Shown one piece after another: positions 10,324 through 20,985 of a stretch of 64,000 bases of DNA. Below the pieces are notes generated by a model. That model was not told the origin of the DNA, did no database searches, and was given only the letters and a program-made list of their open reading frames with translations. Source of the DNA: Rhodosorus marinus CCMP1338 (taxonomy: Eukaryota; Plantae; Rhodophyta); contig JAMWBK010000013.1 in NCBI GenBank assembly GCA_029953675.1, forward strand, positions 1-64,000. The letters run 5' to 3'. The position numbers and the translations under genes were made by a program. Each line of letters starts with the position of its first letter. Within the stretch, counting starts at the first letter, position 1.

Positions 10324-11733
10324 CTAATCGTGCTTCTCCCCCTTAGACCCGGGGGAGTCTGTCCTCGCTATCTTACCTCCTATCCGCACCAAAGTCGTGA
10401 GCCGCCCACTCCGCGAGGCTCGCGGAACGGATCCCGCGGGCTTCAGCAAAGTAACCTGGGCGTCCTCCACCGGCATGCCCTCAGTCTGCTCCCCTGCCTC
10501 ACCACTCTCGTTGGGAGTGGTGCTGGAAGCAGAGCCCTCCAAAATCCCCAACCGCTGCAGCTCTGTCTTGTAGCGCGAAGTCAGCACAAGTCGCCTCTCC
10601 AGATCGAAGAAGCTGGACACCGCCATACGCAGGTGACGAGGGCCCGACCGGAACCGCTCCAACAAGATCCTCTCAAGGCGCTGAATCCGTAGCCAATGGA
10701 TCGCTGCCGCCTTCACGCTGCTCTCATGCTCAGAGAGCCCTGCCTTTTCTCCCGGAGACAGGAAAGTGCCCGAGAAACGGTCAAAATCGAAATGCAAAAC
10801 CACCTGCGGGTTGCAGCGCAGCCACCGGGTGCTCTCAGGCCACTGCTCGGTAGGCTTCGCCAGCAAGGCCTCCAGGTACTTGGCGGCGGTTGCGGAGACC
10901 AAAAACAGCACATCGCGGCCCTCATAGTTTGCGAAGAAGAAATCACCCCGGCTGCACCCTAGCGATTCCGCAAAAGTGTCCCGGAAGTCTCGCATAGACG
11001 GAACCTGTCCTCGTGTAGTCTGGGGCCGGACATTTCGCACCCACAGAAATTGGAGAGTGGTCTCCACAGGTCCATCCTGAGGCTCGCTAGATGGTATGAA
11101 ACGGAGCATAGCCGCCGTACGTGTGGCAGTGGTGCCGTTCCGCAAGACTGAGGTGTACGAAGCGCCCCCCTTGCGGCCACCACGTGCCCCCGCAGTAGCC
11201 GGGAGCTGGTGACCACCTGAGGGCTGGCCCAAGAGAGGGAAGTCCACAGCTGCAGTCTCCTCCACACCGGTTGCCGCACAGTCACCACCACCATTGCCTC
11301 GAGTCCCCGAGAGCTGAAGCGCGTTTTGGCCCGGCCTGCCGCTCCCCAACGTCGTACTGTCCCGCGCAGAAGCAACCGCCCTCGCCTGTCCCGGGACAGG
11401 TTCATGTTGATTGACCTGATGTTGACTGCCTTCAGCCAACGCTGCCACTCTGGTGCAATTCAAATTCTCGTCCGAATTTGAATTTGACCTGGCCAGCAAT
11501 CCCGACTCCAGCCCACCTAGCTTCTGGGTGAGCTGAGGGACCACTCCACGATCACTCGCAGCCGTGATCAGGCTGGTGACAGCGGAGATAAGTGCACGCG
11601 CCTGGGTGCCAGAAGCGCCTTCCAAGTCAACCTCGGAAGAAAAGGTGCCGCAGCTGAGGCGAACACGGAGTCCCCCACCTGGCAGCGCCTCCTTGGGATG
11701 AGGCTGCGTCTAGCGCGGAGATATCCCTACCAT
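10324..11733 (-). pseudogene. A1 copy 2 ORF1, TAG at codon 8
   Basis: ATG GTA GGG ATA TCT CCG CGC TAG at 11733-11710; most of the remainder is open (10324-11625). Confidence 0.75.
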
Positions 11734-12002
11734 CCTGAGGAAACGTTGCACCACCAATATGAAACCGCTCCGAGAGAATAATCGACCACACCCAACCCAA
11801 ATAGGAAAGGCCCGGCAACCCACCCACTCGGAATACAGAAGTAGTTGCAAATGCAAACGAAGCACCGCGGAAAATCGAGGGGAAGGCGTACCAGAAGAAG
11901 CGCTTCCCGTAAACGAACAAGCTCGCGACCGAAAAAGAAACAAAACCCTTTTTTTTTTTTTACTAGCATAGCCTGAAACGCTACGCAAATCGTGAAAAGG
12001 AA

Positions 12003-15000
12003 CTAAGAACTAGTTAGGGAAGCGTGCAAACCCAGGCGCCGATGGCGCGCCTCGGCAAGCATGCTGCTCGAACATCGCCACAGAGAGACACTTAAACGCC
12101 GCAAAAGTTCCAAGTATTCAACAGGATGCTCAGTGAAACATTTCCGCAACCACTCTAAACCCGACTTCTCCACGTGACCAAAGCTTTCCACAATGAAAGG
12201 CTGGAACCGGTGGGAGCGACCCTCAGCGGGAGGCAGACTGGCCATACACTCAGCTTACCGTCGTTCTTTCACTCAGCGAAGGGCCGAAGCAGCTGCTCCC
12301 CGGTGGCGAACGGCGGCCGTGAGATGGGCGCTTGCCATAGGGCATATAATCGCGAGGTGAACATAAACTGAGCGTCTGGCGGCAGCATCGGAGACAAGGA
12401 GATCTGCGATACAGCGCGGCGGTGCCCTATCCGAGAACGATCTGAGTAGTTCCGATTCCACCTCAACCGTATGCCCTACCCGAGTCAAAAATTCGCTGAG
12501 GATGTACTTGAAGCGAGTGTGACGCCTCGTACGAAGACCTCTCAACAGTCCGCATGAACCTAAGAAATGGTAACCACAAGCATCGATCCGACTCTCACAT
12601 CCCTGACAGAAAGACGGCCGATTAGAGTGCAACGGAGCTTGTGGCAAACCCAGGTAAATCCGTGCGGCGGAGCGAAACTGAAAGGCATCCAGACGCTGAC
12701 CCAGTGATGACGGCAGGGTCGTTAACCACAAATGTGATAGATGGCCTCCCATGCCGCGGAGGCGAGCGGCGGTGGTAGGCGGTGTGAGGGGAGAGTTGAG
12801 CAAGATTGCGTGAGCGGCACTGTGTTGGCCCCAGGTGAGGCTATGTTGAATCACATCAGTGCGCGAGCTCCACAATCGGCTCAGACCCGGGTAATCGGCA
12901 ACCGGTGACCCGGGGCTGGCTTCCCCCTCGTCGGAGAGTACTCTATCGATGGGAGAGTCCTCGATCGCCTCAGTTCGTCCCCATAACAGCTCCTTCCAGG
13001 AGCGAAATCTGGATCGGCTCTCGTCCGGCACGGCTTTGCACTTACTGAACGCCTGTTGCAGAGCATCATAGATACTCAAAAGCGGTGGCGGAAGGGTCAC
13101 GGGCTCTTCGTTGGTCGGTGCTCTGGCCAAAAGGCAGGCACTCCGCATCTGAAAACTCACCAGGGTACGGAGCGCGGTAGCCCAGGAGGCGATCGCCGCA
13201 GGCGAGCAGACGAGGCCCCGGTCTGCGACGCCAAACCCCCCTAATCGCAATGGGAGAGCGAGCTGTGCACGAATTAAGTCCCTGTCCGGAGCAGCTTCAA
13301 GATAGAGGGGTTCATCCAAGAGCGTGCCCCAGTGGTGCAGCGTCGTCTCGTCGGCCTTGGCGGCGATCCATGAACCCCTGGCGGGGGGTAGGCTACGCAA
13401 CCAGTAGTTGAGTCGGGGACCGGCACAAAAGCGGGAAAGCAAGCAGGCCGATTGCAGCATGCTGTCTGGAAGGCGCTCAATGGCGTCAGTGAGCCGCTTG
13501 TGCCGAGCCAAAACGCGTTCGCAAGAGGCTTGGACGAAGGTGTTGCTCCCGAAACCGACGCCGTGGTGCTCGAACCCTTCACATTCGCCAATGATTCGTA
13601 GATTAGATGGCAGAGAGGCCATCGAAGCTTCACTCGGAGCGAGAAAACCACACTTTTCTGGTTCCACCGTCAGATGTACTCCACATGCAATCGCTTCGAT
13701 TTGGGTCAACCCCCGAGCTAGGTTTTCAGGGTCGCCCAGCAAGGTCACGTCGTCGTGATAGGCGTAGATACGAAGAGCCGGCACCTCATTCGCGAGACGC
13801 CGGAGAACGAGCTGCAGGGCACAGGCATGAAGTAGAGGCCCGCATGGATCGCCTTGTTGGACTCCAGTATGTGCTTCGAAAACAGTGCCCTCTCTGGTCC
13901 AGTAGGGGAGGCTCCCCCTTCCGTAAAGACCAGAGAGAAACGGCCACGCCTCCGGAAAAACCCGTCGGATCACCTCCAACGCATGCGTCCGCGAGATGCT
14001 GTTGAATGCGTTTCGAAAATCAACCACCAAAACTCCCCACTCCGGCCTACAGGCACGCTCCAACTCGATCCCATGGGTGATCAATTCGCAACCACCGGAA
14101 AATCCCACCCCCACTTGCAAGGGCGCCATAAAAGCTGTGACCCGCTGGCGAAGGCGCTGGCATAGCCACCTTCCGGCCAACTTCCGTAGGCTCTCGACCA
14201 TACCGATCGGGCGGGCGGGCTGATGGTCAGGCTTCGTGAGCAAGCAAAGCTGTGCTCGACGGAGGTGTTCCCAGGGGGCAGACCCACCCGACGTGCCCTG
14301 GAACAGTTTGTTCAGAATCTTGAGCAGCGCGCTCTGGCCAGCTTTTCCCAAGGCCTGCAATAATTCGGTGCGGAGCCCTGAGGGTCCAGGGCAGCGTCCA
14401 CGACGCGAGGTACGAAGCAACTCTTCTAGGTCAGACTCGTTGAGTGTAAGGTCGATTTGAAACCGGGCCAACTCCGGACGGTCCAATAATGCCTCAAACT
14501 CGGGTAGTAAGTCCACGTCGAACGAGGGGAACAGAGACGACACCGTCGGGCCAAGACTTTCTTCGTAGGGGAGGACAGGCGCCTGGCCCTCCAGGACCCG
14601 TGCCGCTCGACTCAAGTCGCCCACTGCTACCAATTTCTGTACTCGAGCCGTCAGGGGCAGGACGGTTCCAGCCCGAGACGGAAGAACGGATGGGTCCAAC
14701 GACGCCAAGTATTTTTGATGCAACACCTCGAACTCCCCTTTCAGGAACATCGCCAGCCGATGTCGGACACGCCATCTGCGCTCCGGCGTGTGTGTTGGGG
14801 CCAGAATCAGGCACGGCATGACCCCCAGAAATTCCCACATGACGGCGTCCCAAAGGTTACGTGCCAGGCTCGTTAAAATGAAGTCCAGGATGGTCCCAGC
14901 CACTGAGAGCTCGCCGCGAGGTAAGACTACGACAGGCGGAATCCTGCCACGCAGGGGAAGCAAGCCTCCTCCCAAAGACATCCAACGCCGGAGCCAACTT

Positions 15001-15065
15001 CGTAAACGCGTACGCCAAATACCCCAGTCTCCGCCCTCCTTCACGACATAAGACTGCAAATCCAT
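12003..15065 (-). pseudogene. A2 ORF2 (RT-RLE, about 1020 aa), one premature TGA at 12273
   Basis: MDLQSY start at 15065. ORFs 12273-15143 and 12003-12245 are in the same frame. All RT and RLE motifs present; a 4-aa in-frame deletion before RPIG. Confidence 0.9.
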
Positions 15066-15096
15066 CGGCTGCGATCTCGCAGCCGTGCCCGGGGAG

Positions 15097-16470
15097 CTAA
15101 TCGTGCTTCTCCCACTTAGACCCGGGGGAGTCTGTCCTCGCACGTTTTCCGCCTAACCTCGCCAAAGTGGTAAGCCGCCCACTCCGAGAGGCTCGCGGGA
15201 TAGCTCCCGCGGGCTTCAGCAAAGTAGTAGGGGCGTCCTCCACCGACATGCCCTCACTCTGCTCCCCTTCCTCACCACTCTCACTGGAAGTGGTGTTGGA
15301 AGCAGAGCCCTCTAATACCCCTAACCTCTGTAACTCCCGCCTGTGACTCGACGTCAACACAAGGCGCCTCTCCCGGTCGAAAAGGGTAGAGACGGCGGCA
15401 CACAGGTGGCGTGGCCCCGACGCGAAGCGCTCCAAAAGGATGCGCTCAATGCGGTGAAGGCGTAGCCAATGGATATCTGCGGCTTTCACGCTGGCTTCGC
15501 GCTGAGAGAGTCCTGCCATTTCTCCGGGAGACAGGAAGGTACCCGAGAAACGGTCAAAATCAAAGTGCAGGACGACCTGGGGATGAGACCGAACCAGCGG
15601 GCACTCTCAGGCCATTGCTCGGTAGGCTTGGCCAGTAGGGCCTGTAGGTACGTGGCCGCTGTTGTAGTTACTACGAAAAGGACATCCCGGCCCTCGTAGT
15701 TTGCAAAGATGAAGTCGTTGCGGCTACACCCCAAAGACTCCGCAAAAGTATTCCGAAAATCGCGCATGGACCGGACCTGGCCCCGTGTAGTCTGGGGCCG
15801 GACGTTGCGCTCGCAGAGGAATTGCAAAGTAGGCGCTTCAGGTCCGCCCTGCTGCTCGCGAGATGGCAAAAATCTTAGCATAGCCGCCGTCCTTGTGCCT
15901 GTGGTACCCTTCCGCAAAACTGAGACGTAAGACGGGCCCCCCTTGGGACCACCTCGTGCCCCCGCCTTGGCCTGGAGCTGTCGCCCACCTGAGGGCTGGC
16001 CCAGGACGGGAAATTCCGCTCCTGCTGAGGGAATATTCGAAGGAGTAGAGATAGCAACACCCCTCTCCAAAGAGGCGCCAGCAGAGGGACCACCAACAGC
16101 GGGCTCGGCAGCCCGCGCCTGTTCTGAGACAGTCGCAGAATGACTGACCCCTTGATTTTGACTGCCTAAGGGCCGCGTAGGCAACGTGGCCACCGTGTCC
16201 GATTTTAGAGCATGCGCCAGGAGGCTGGATTCCAGCAAACCAAGCCGTTGAGTCAGCTGCGGCAGGACGCGCTTGTCCCCCGCGGCGGTGATTAGGCTGA
16301 TTACGGCTGACATCAGAGCTCGCACTTCCATACCAGTTGCGCCCTGCAGCTCCACCTGCGTAGAGAACTGGCCCGAATTTAGACACACCCGGTGCCCAAC
16401 CCCCCAAGGATACCTCGTTGCCAGGGAGCTCCGCTCCCGAGGGAGCAGGGCGCGGGGAAACCCCTACCAT
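15097..16470 (-). pseudogene. A2 ORF1, frameshifted twice
   Basis: Pieces MVGVSPRPAP (16470), 15486-16388 and 15097-15519 align to A1 ORF1 (YxSVLRxG, NVRPQT, DFRxTFAESLG, KRARTDSPGSK). Confidence 0.8.
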
Positions 16471-16720
16471 CACCAAAGAATGGAGTGACGATACTGTAAC
16501 CACCAATCCCCCCGCCGAAAACACGCACCACCCAACTCCACAGGAGAAAATTCCCCGTCACGACCCGACAGCCAGAACGTGAATGACCCGACTACCAACC
16601 ACGAAACCCGATAAAACGGGGGGAAGGGCAGCAGAGAGAAGCGCCTCCCACCGAAGAACCCACTTGCTACGCAAAACTACCGAAACCTAGCACCAGACAC
16701 CCTCCAACAACTACACAAGC

Positions 16721-17505
16721 TTACTTACTGGCTTTATTGGCTTTATTCTTGGTTTATTGGCATAGCCTGAAGCGCTACGCAAGGCGTAGACGGGGACTAA
16801 GAACTAGGTAGGGAAGCGTGCAAACCCAGCCGCCTATGGCGCGCCTCCGCAAAAGTTCCAAGTATTCAACAGGATGCTCACTAAAACATTTCCGCAACCA
16901 CTCCAAACCCAACTTCTCCACGTGACCAAAGCTTTCCGCAATGAAAGGCTGGAACCGGTGGGAAAAAATAGGTTGAAGCGCTATGCAAGGCGCGGAAGGG
17001 GACTAAGAACTAGGTAGGGAAGCGTGCAAACCCAGCCGCCTATGGCGCGCCTCAGCAAGCTTGCTGCTCGAATATCTCCACAGAGGGACACTTAAACGCC
17101 GCAAAAGTTCCAAGTATTCAACAGGATGCTCACTAAAACATTTCCGCAGCCACTCCAAACCCGACTTCTCCACGTGACCAAAGCTTTCCACAATGAAAGG
17201 CTGGAACCGGTGGGAGCGACCCTCAGCGCGCGGCAGACTGGCCATACTCTCAGCATACCGTCGTTCCTTCACTCGGCGAAGTGCTGAAGTGGCTGCCCCC
17301 CGGCGGCGAGCGGCTGCAGTGAGATGGGCGCTAGTCACAGGGCATGTTATCGCGGGGTCAACATGTGCAGGGCGTCTGGCGGCAGCGTCGGAGACAAGAA
17401 GAGCGAAGCGGCGCCGTGTCCGCAACCGATCTCGACAGTTCCGATTCCACCTCCACCGTATGCCCTACCCGAGTCAAACATTCGCTGATAATGTATTTGA
17501 AGCGA
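16721..17505 (-). mobile_element. Two consecutive 5'-truncated A2 3' fragments (16721-16965 and 16975-17505)
   Basis: Each begins with an A-type 3' UTR. AATAAAGCC-type tail at 16721-16760; RLE remnant ORF 17003-17425. Confidence 0.85.
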
Positions 17506-17521
17506 AAAATAGAAATGGGTT

Positions 17522-17683
17522 TATTATCTGCGATCGAGAAAGATCGCGCAGATAGACCGATATTTCCCCTAAGTAGAATTTAGATGAGACTCCTGGACAG
17601 GGAGTCCAGGTTTGGTTAGTGCGTACGTACTGATCGTGTGATGCGCTACATTAGGTAGCTCCCCAATAAAGGCTACGGGGTTA
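17522..17683 (+). mobile_element. Lineage C 3' end fragment
   Basis: Reverse complement of 19410-19560 (AIEKDRADRPIFPLSRI*, 3' UTR, AATAAAGGCTAC). Confidence 0.85.
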
Positions 17684-17689
17684 AATTTT

Positions 17690-17880
17690 CCTCTCCGCTG
17701 ACGCGTGCCCTGCGTAGCAGCAGACTGCTACCACTCGCGAAGCCACCGAAGGAATCGGCTCCCCGGGAAAACCTAGGCGTTCGACCTATCGACGTCCCTG
17801 AAGTTCTGCGAAAGGTGGTGACTCAATGGACCCTTCGCGCCGTCATCGACAGGGTGCGCACGCTCCTGGTGCCATTACAG
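17690..17880 (+). mobile_element. RT domain fragment, probably lineage C
   Basis: Translates LRSSRLLPLAKPPKESAPRENLGVRPIDVPEVLRKVVTQW..LLVPLQ, the CRE-type RPI...LRK motif, distinct from A and B. Confidence 0.7.
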
Positions 17881-18147
17881 AGGTTGCAGAGGAGCTCTGC
17901 GTGAGGGTTATCCTCGGGTGCATCTTCTTCAGGTACTTGGGAAGTCGCTAAGGGATTACCCGGAGCGTTGACTGTCCCACGGGCTGCCTGTACGTCCCCT
18001 GTAAGGGACGAGGCTTCAGGGTCTGCGTTCGTGGCGGCTGCAGGCGCTGGGGGTTCCGCGCTCTCCCCGGGTACCGTTGGAGTGCGTTGTGTGGCTTGTA
18101 GGGCTCTGAGTCTGCTCTCCAGGTACTCGTGTATCGCTCCGAGAGTG

Positions 18148-19281
18148 TTAGAGTTGCCTTCTGCGAAGCCTCGCGTGGATCCGGATAGTCTGTTCAATGG
18201 CCCGTTTCAGGGTCTTGGCCCCGATGTTCGCTGGGGCAATGAGCTGACGTTCATTATACCCCAACAGCTTGTCTGTATCCAGTGCCTGGCCCGTGTAAAG
18301 AGTCACTTGCCGATCGGGGTGTCTCTGGGTGAACGATCCGAAAATCTTCGTCCTGAAAACGCCCCGAGAGGTGGCGCTTTGTAGAATCGGAATTGCGTCC
18401 GGATGGCAGAGTAAGCACGCATGGGAAGCGATGAAGTCCACGCGCGGCACATAAGAGCTCGGAATCCCCAAGGCTCTGCAAAGAACCGTGGTGAAGTCCG
18501 ATGGGGCTACCTCGTCCAACCGTGGCGGTCTTACATTCCTCAGGGTCGCCAGTACCGGTTTGGTCTCAGGTCCCCAGCAGGACCCTCGAACTGTAGCGTG
18601 CATCTGTCGCAGCGCTGCCTGCTGGCTCGGTGGGCCCGGGCGTCCGGCTGGTCGGAGTTGAGCCTCTGATTCTCGAGCTGGAGTGTTTTGGACAGTGCGC
18701 TGAGCGTACGTTGGCCGTGTGCTGCTGGTCCCGACAACAAGGAAGGCCGTGGCATAGCCCAGCGAGGCTAGGACACCTGTCCCATCCGGAAGTTGATTGT
18801 TGCTGGGTTCTGGCGCAGCATATTGATTGACTGCCGCCGTCCGCGGGTGCTGCTGCGGTAGTTGGGGCGAGGTCGTGGTGGCTGGTCCACCTTGCCACAT
18901 ACGTGGTTTTTTGGCTAGCTCGTTGAGTCGTGCTGTCACTCCTTGCAGTTCTTGCGTACAATTGATCCGCGAATAAAGGTTGATGGCGGCCTGGTAGAAG
19001 TCGACGATGTCAGACTGGCCGATTCCCAGCGCTTGGTAGCACTGGTCGTAGGTGTGCAGCTGTTGGAGAAAGGCGGCAGCTGGGTCTGTTGTAGCCTGCT
19101 CTGCTGCACGGTTTTCTGCATTCATCTCTGCGTCCTGTTCTGCTCCTGTATGCTGGTGCTGTTGCTGCTGGTGCTGTTGCAGCTGCTCTTTCTCCTTCTC
19201 CATTTTCCGGGTACCCGAGGTGTGTGGGGCCGGGATCACAAGAGGCTCGGGGTACGGCCCGCGTACCTCCTTCACAATCAT
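18148..19281 (-). CDS. Lineage C ORF1 (gag-position protein, Gln/Pro-rich N-terminus); may continue by frameshift into 17881-18197
   Basis: ATG start at 19281. Segment LRNVRPPRLDEVAPSDFTTVLCRALGIPSSYVPRVDFIASHACLL aligns with the ORF1 core of A and B. Confidence 0.65.
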   Translation of the reverse strand: MIVKEVRGPYPEPLVIPAPHTSGTRKMEKEKEQLQQHQQQQHQHTGAEQDAEMNAENRAAEQATTDPAAAFLQQLHTYDQCYQALGIGQSDIVDFYQAAINLYSRINCTQELQGVTARLNELAKKPRMWQGGPATTTSPQLPQQHPRTAAVNQYAAPEPSNNQLPDGTGVLASLGYATAFLVVGTSSTRPTYAQRTVQNTPARESEAQLRPAGRPGPPSQQAALRQMHATVRGSCWGPETKPVLATLRNVRPPRLDEVAPSDFTTVLCRALGIPSSYVPRVDFIASHACLLCHPDAIPILQSATSRGVFRTKIFGSFTQRHPDRQVTLYTGQALDTDKLLGYNERQLIAPANIGAKTLKRAIEQTIRIHARLRRRQL

Positions 19282-19387
19282 ACGTGTAACTACTTATAAA
19301 CTTTTACCGTTGTTTTCCACAAACAAAGCCGTCCAACCCCCTTTTCACCGCAGACTAACCGCAGACTAACCCCAGACTAACGTAACC

Positions 19388-20190
19388 GTCGGCTTTACTG
19401 GGCAGCTGCCCCGTAGCCTTTATTGGGCAGCTACCTAATGTAGCGCATCACACGATCACTACGCACGCACTAACCAAACCTGGACTCCCTGTCCAGGAGT
19501 CTCATCTAAATTCTACTTAGGGGAAATATCGGTCTATCTGCGCGATCTTTCTCGATCGCGTGCTCAACTAGCGCAGCATTGTGCTGCCACAAAATGCGGT
19601 TTAGTTGACCCCTCACCGACGATAGATGGGAGTCACGATCATGCAGGTGCGCGCTCGCCGTTCGAAGAAATTCAAGGCTTGCCTGGCCCATTCGACCAAA
19701 AGTCTCAAAAATGAACGGGACAAGAACCACATCTCGGTTTTCCACCCTCAGCACTTCCTTATAGTGCAACGCCTTCGCTTGTTCTGCTTGTTTCGCAGCA
19801 TGCCCGCAGTTCCAGCTCGTATGTCTCAACTGATGCCTTTGAAGTGGCGATGTCACCATCACATCCACCACGTACACGCATCCGCTCGTCGGGTGTCGTG
19901 CAACGATGTCTGGGCGAATTCCAGACCCAGCAAAGAACCCCTCAGGCTCTACTTGTATCTCCGTGAAATTCCATAGGTGTAACCATTGACTCAGTTCGAC
20001 CTTTAGCTCGTCGTGCCTCTTGGTTCGCATCCCCGATGACGTCCTGCAGTGGTGCAGCCGCTGGATCCCACGCACATCGTGTGGTTGCTCGCAGACTGTG
20101 CACGTGTGTGACCGGCCTAGTCCTTGCAGTGGTAGCCCTAGAAGCATCCGGATGCTCCACAACATCTCATTTCGTGTCAACTGCCGCGGT
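19388..20190 (-). mobile_element. 5'-truncated lineage C element (RLE domain + 3' UTR) flanked by a 16-bp direct repeat
   Basis: ORF 19506-20180 has CTVC, RTKRHD, IRPDIV, VDVMV, KALHY, LVPFIFETFG. CCAGACTAACGTAACC at 19372-19387 and 20191-20206. Confidence 0.9.
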
Positions 20191-20259
20191 CCAGACTAAC
20201 GTAACCCCAAACCTCTTGCTTTGTTTGCAATTATTTTTACCATTCTTTGATGGTCAGCG

Positions 20260-20985
20260 AGCTTTCACTGGTTTTTACGGGCTTGGTTAGCCTGAAGCGC
20301 TACGTAAGGCGTGAAAAGGAACTAAGAACTAGGTAGGGAAGCGTGCAAACCCAGGCGTAGATGGCGCGCCTCGGCAAGCATGCTACTCGAATATCGCCAC
20401 AGAGAGACACTTAAACGCCGCAAAAGTTCCAAGTATTCAACAGGATGCTCACTAAAACATTCTGCAACTACTCCAAACCCGACTTCTCCACGTGACCAAA
20501 GCTTTCCACAATGAAAGGCTGGAACCAGTGGGAGCGACCCTCAGCGCGAGGCAGGCTGGCCATACTCTCAGCATACCGTCGTTCCTTCACGCGGCGAAGG
20601 GCCGAAGCAGCTGCTCCCCGGCGGCGGGCGGCAGCCGTCAGATGGGCGCTTGCCACAGGGCATGTAATCGCGAGGTCAACATATCCTGAGCGTCTGGCGG
20701 CAGCATCGGAGACGAGGAGAGCTGCGATACAGCGGGGGGCGGTGCCTTATCCGAGACCGATCTGGGTAGTTCCGATTCCACCTCAACCGTATGCCCTACC
20801 GGAGTCAAACATTCGCTGAGGATGTACTTGAAGCGAATGTGACGCCTCGTACGAAGACCTCTCAACAGTCCGCATGAACCTAAGAAATGGTAGCCACAAG
20901 CATCGATCCGACTATCACATCCCTGACAGAAAGACGGCCGATTAGAGCGCCACGGCGCTTGTGGCAAACCCAGGTAAATCCGGGC
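20260..20985 (-). mobile_element. 5'-truncated A2 3' fragment
   Basis: Matches 11965-12665; RLE remnants 20468-20656 and 20638-20985. Confidence 0.88.

Larger units (their letters stand above)
7173..11948 (-). mobile_element. Full-length lineage A1 retrotransposon, copy 2
   Basis: Colinear near-copy of 2343-7146 at an offset of about 4.82 kb; single AGTAAAGTCC tail unit. Confidence 0.93.
11949..16715 (-). mobile_element. Full-length lineage A2 retrotransposon, copy 3, with A13 tail
   Basis: Colinear with the A1 copies but more diverged. Its 3' end GCTAGT(A)13 abuts the 5' end of copy 2 directly. Confidence 0.92.
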
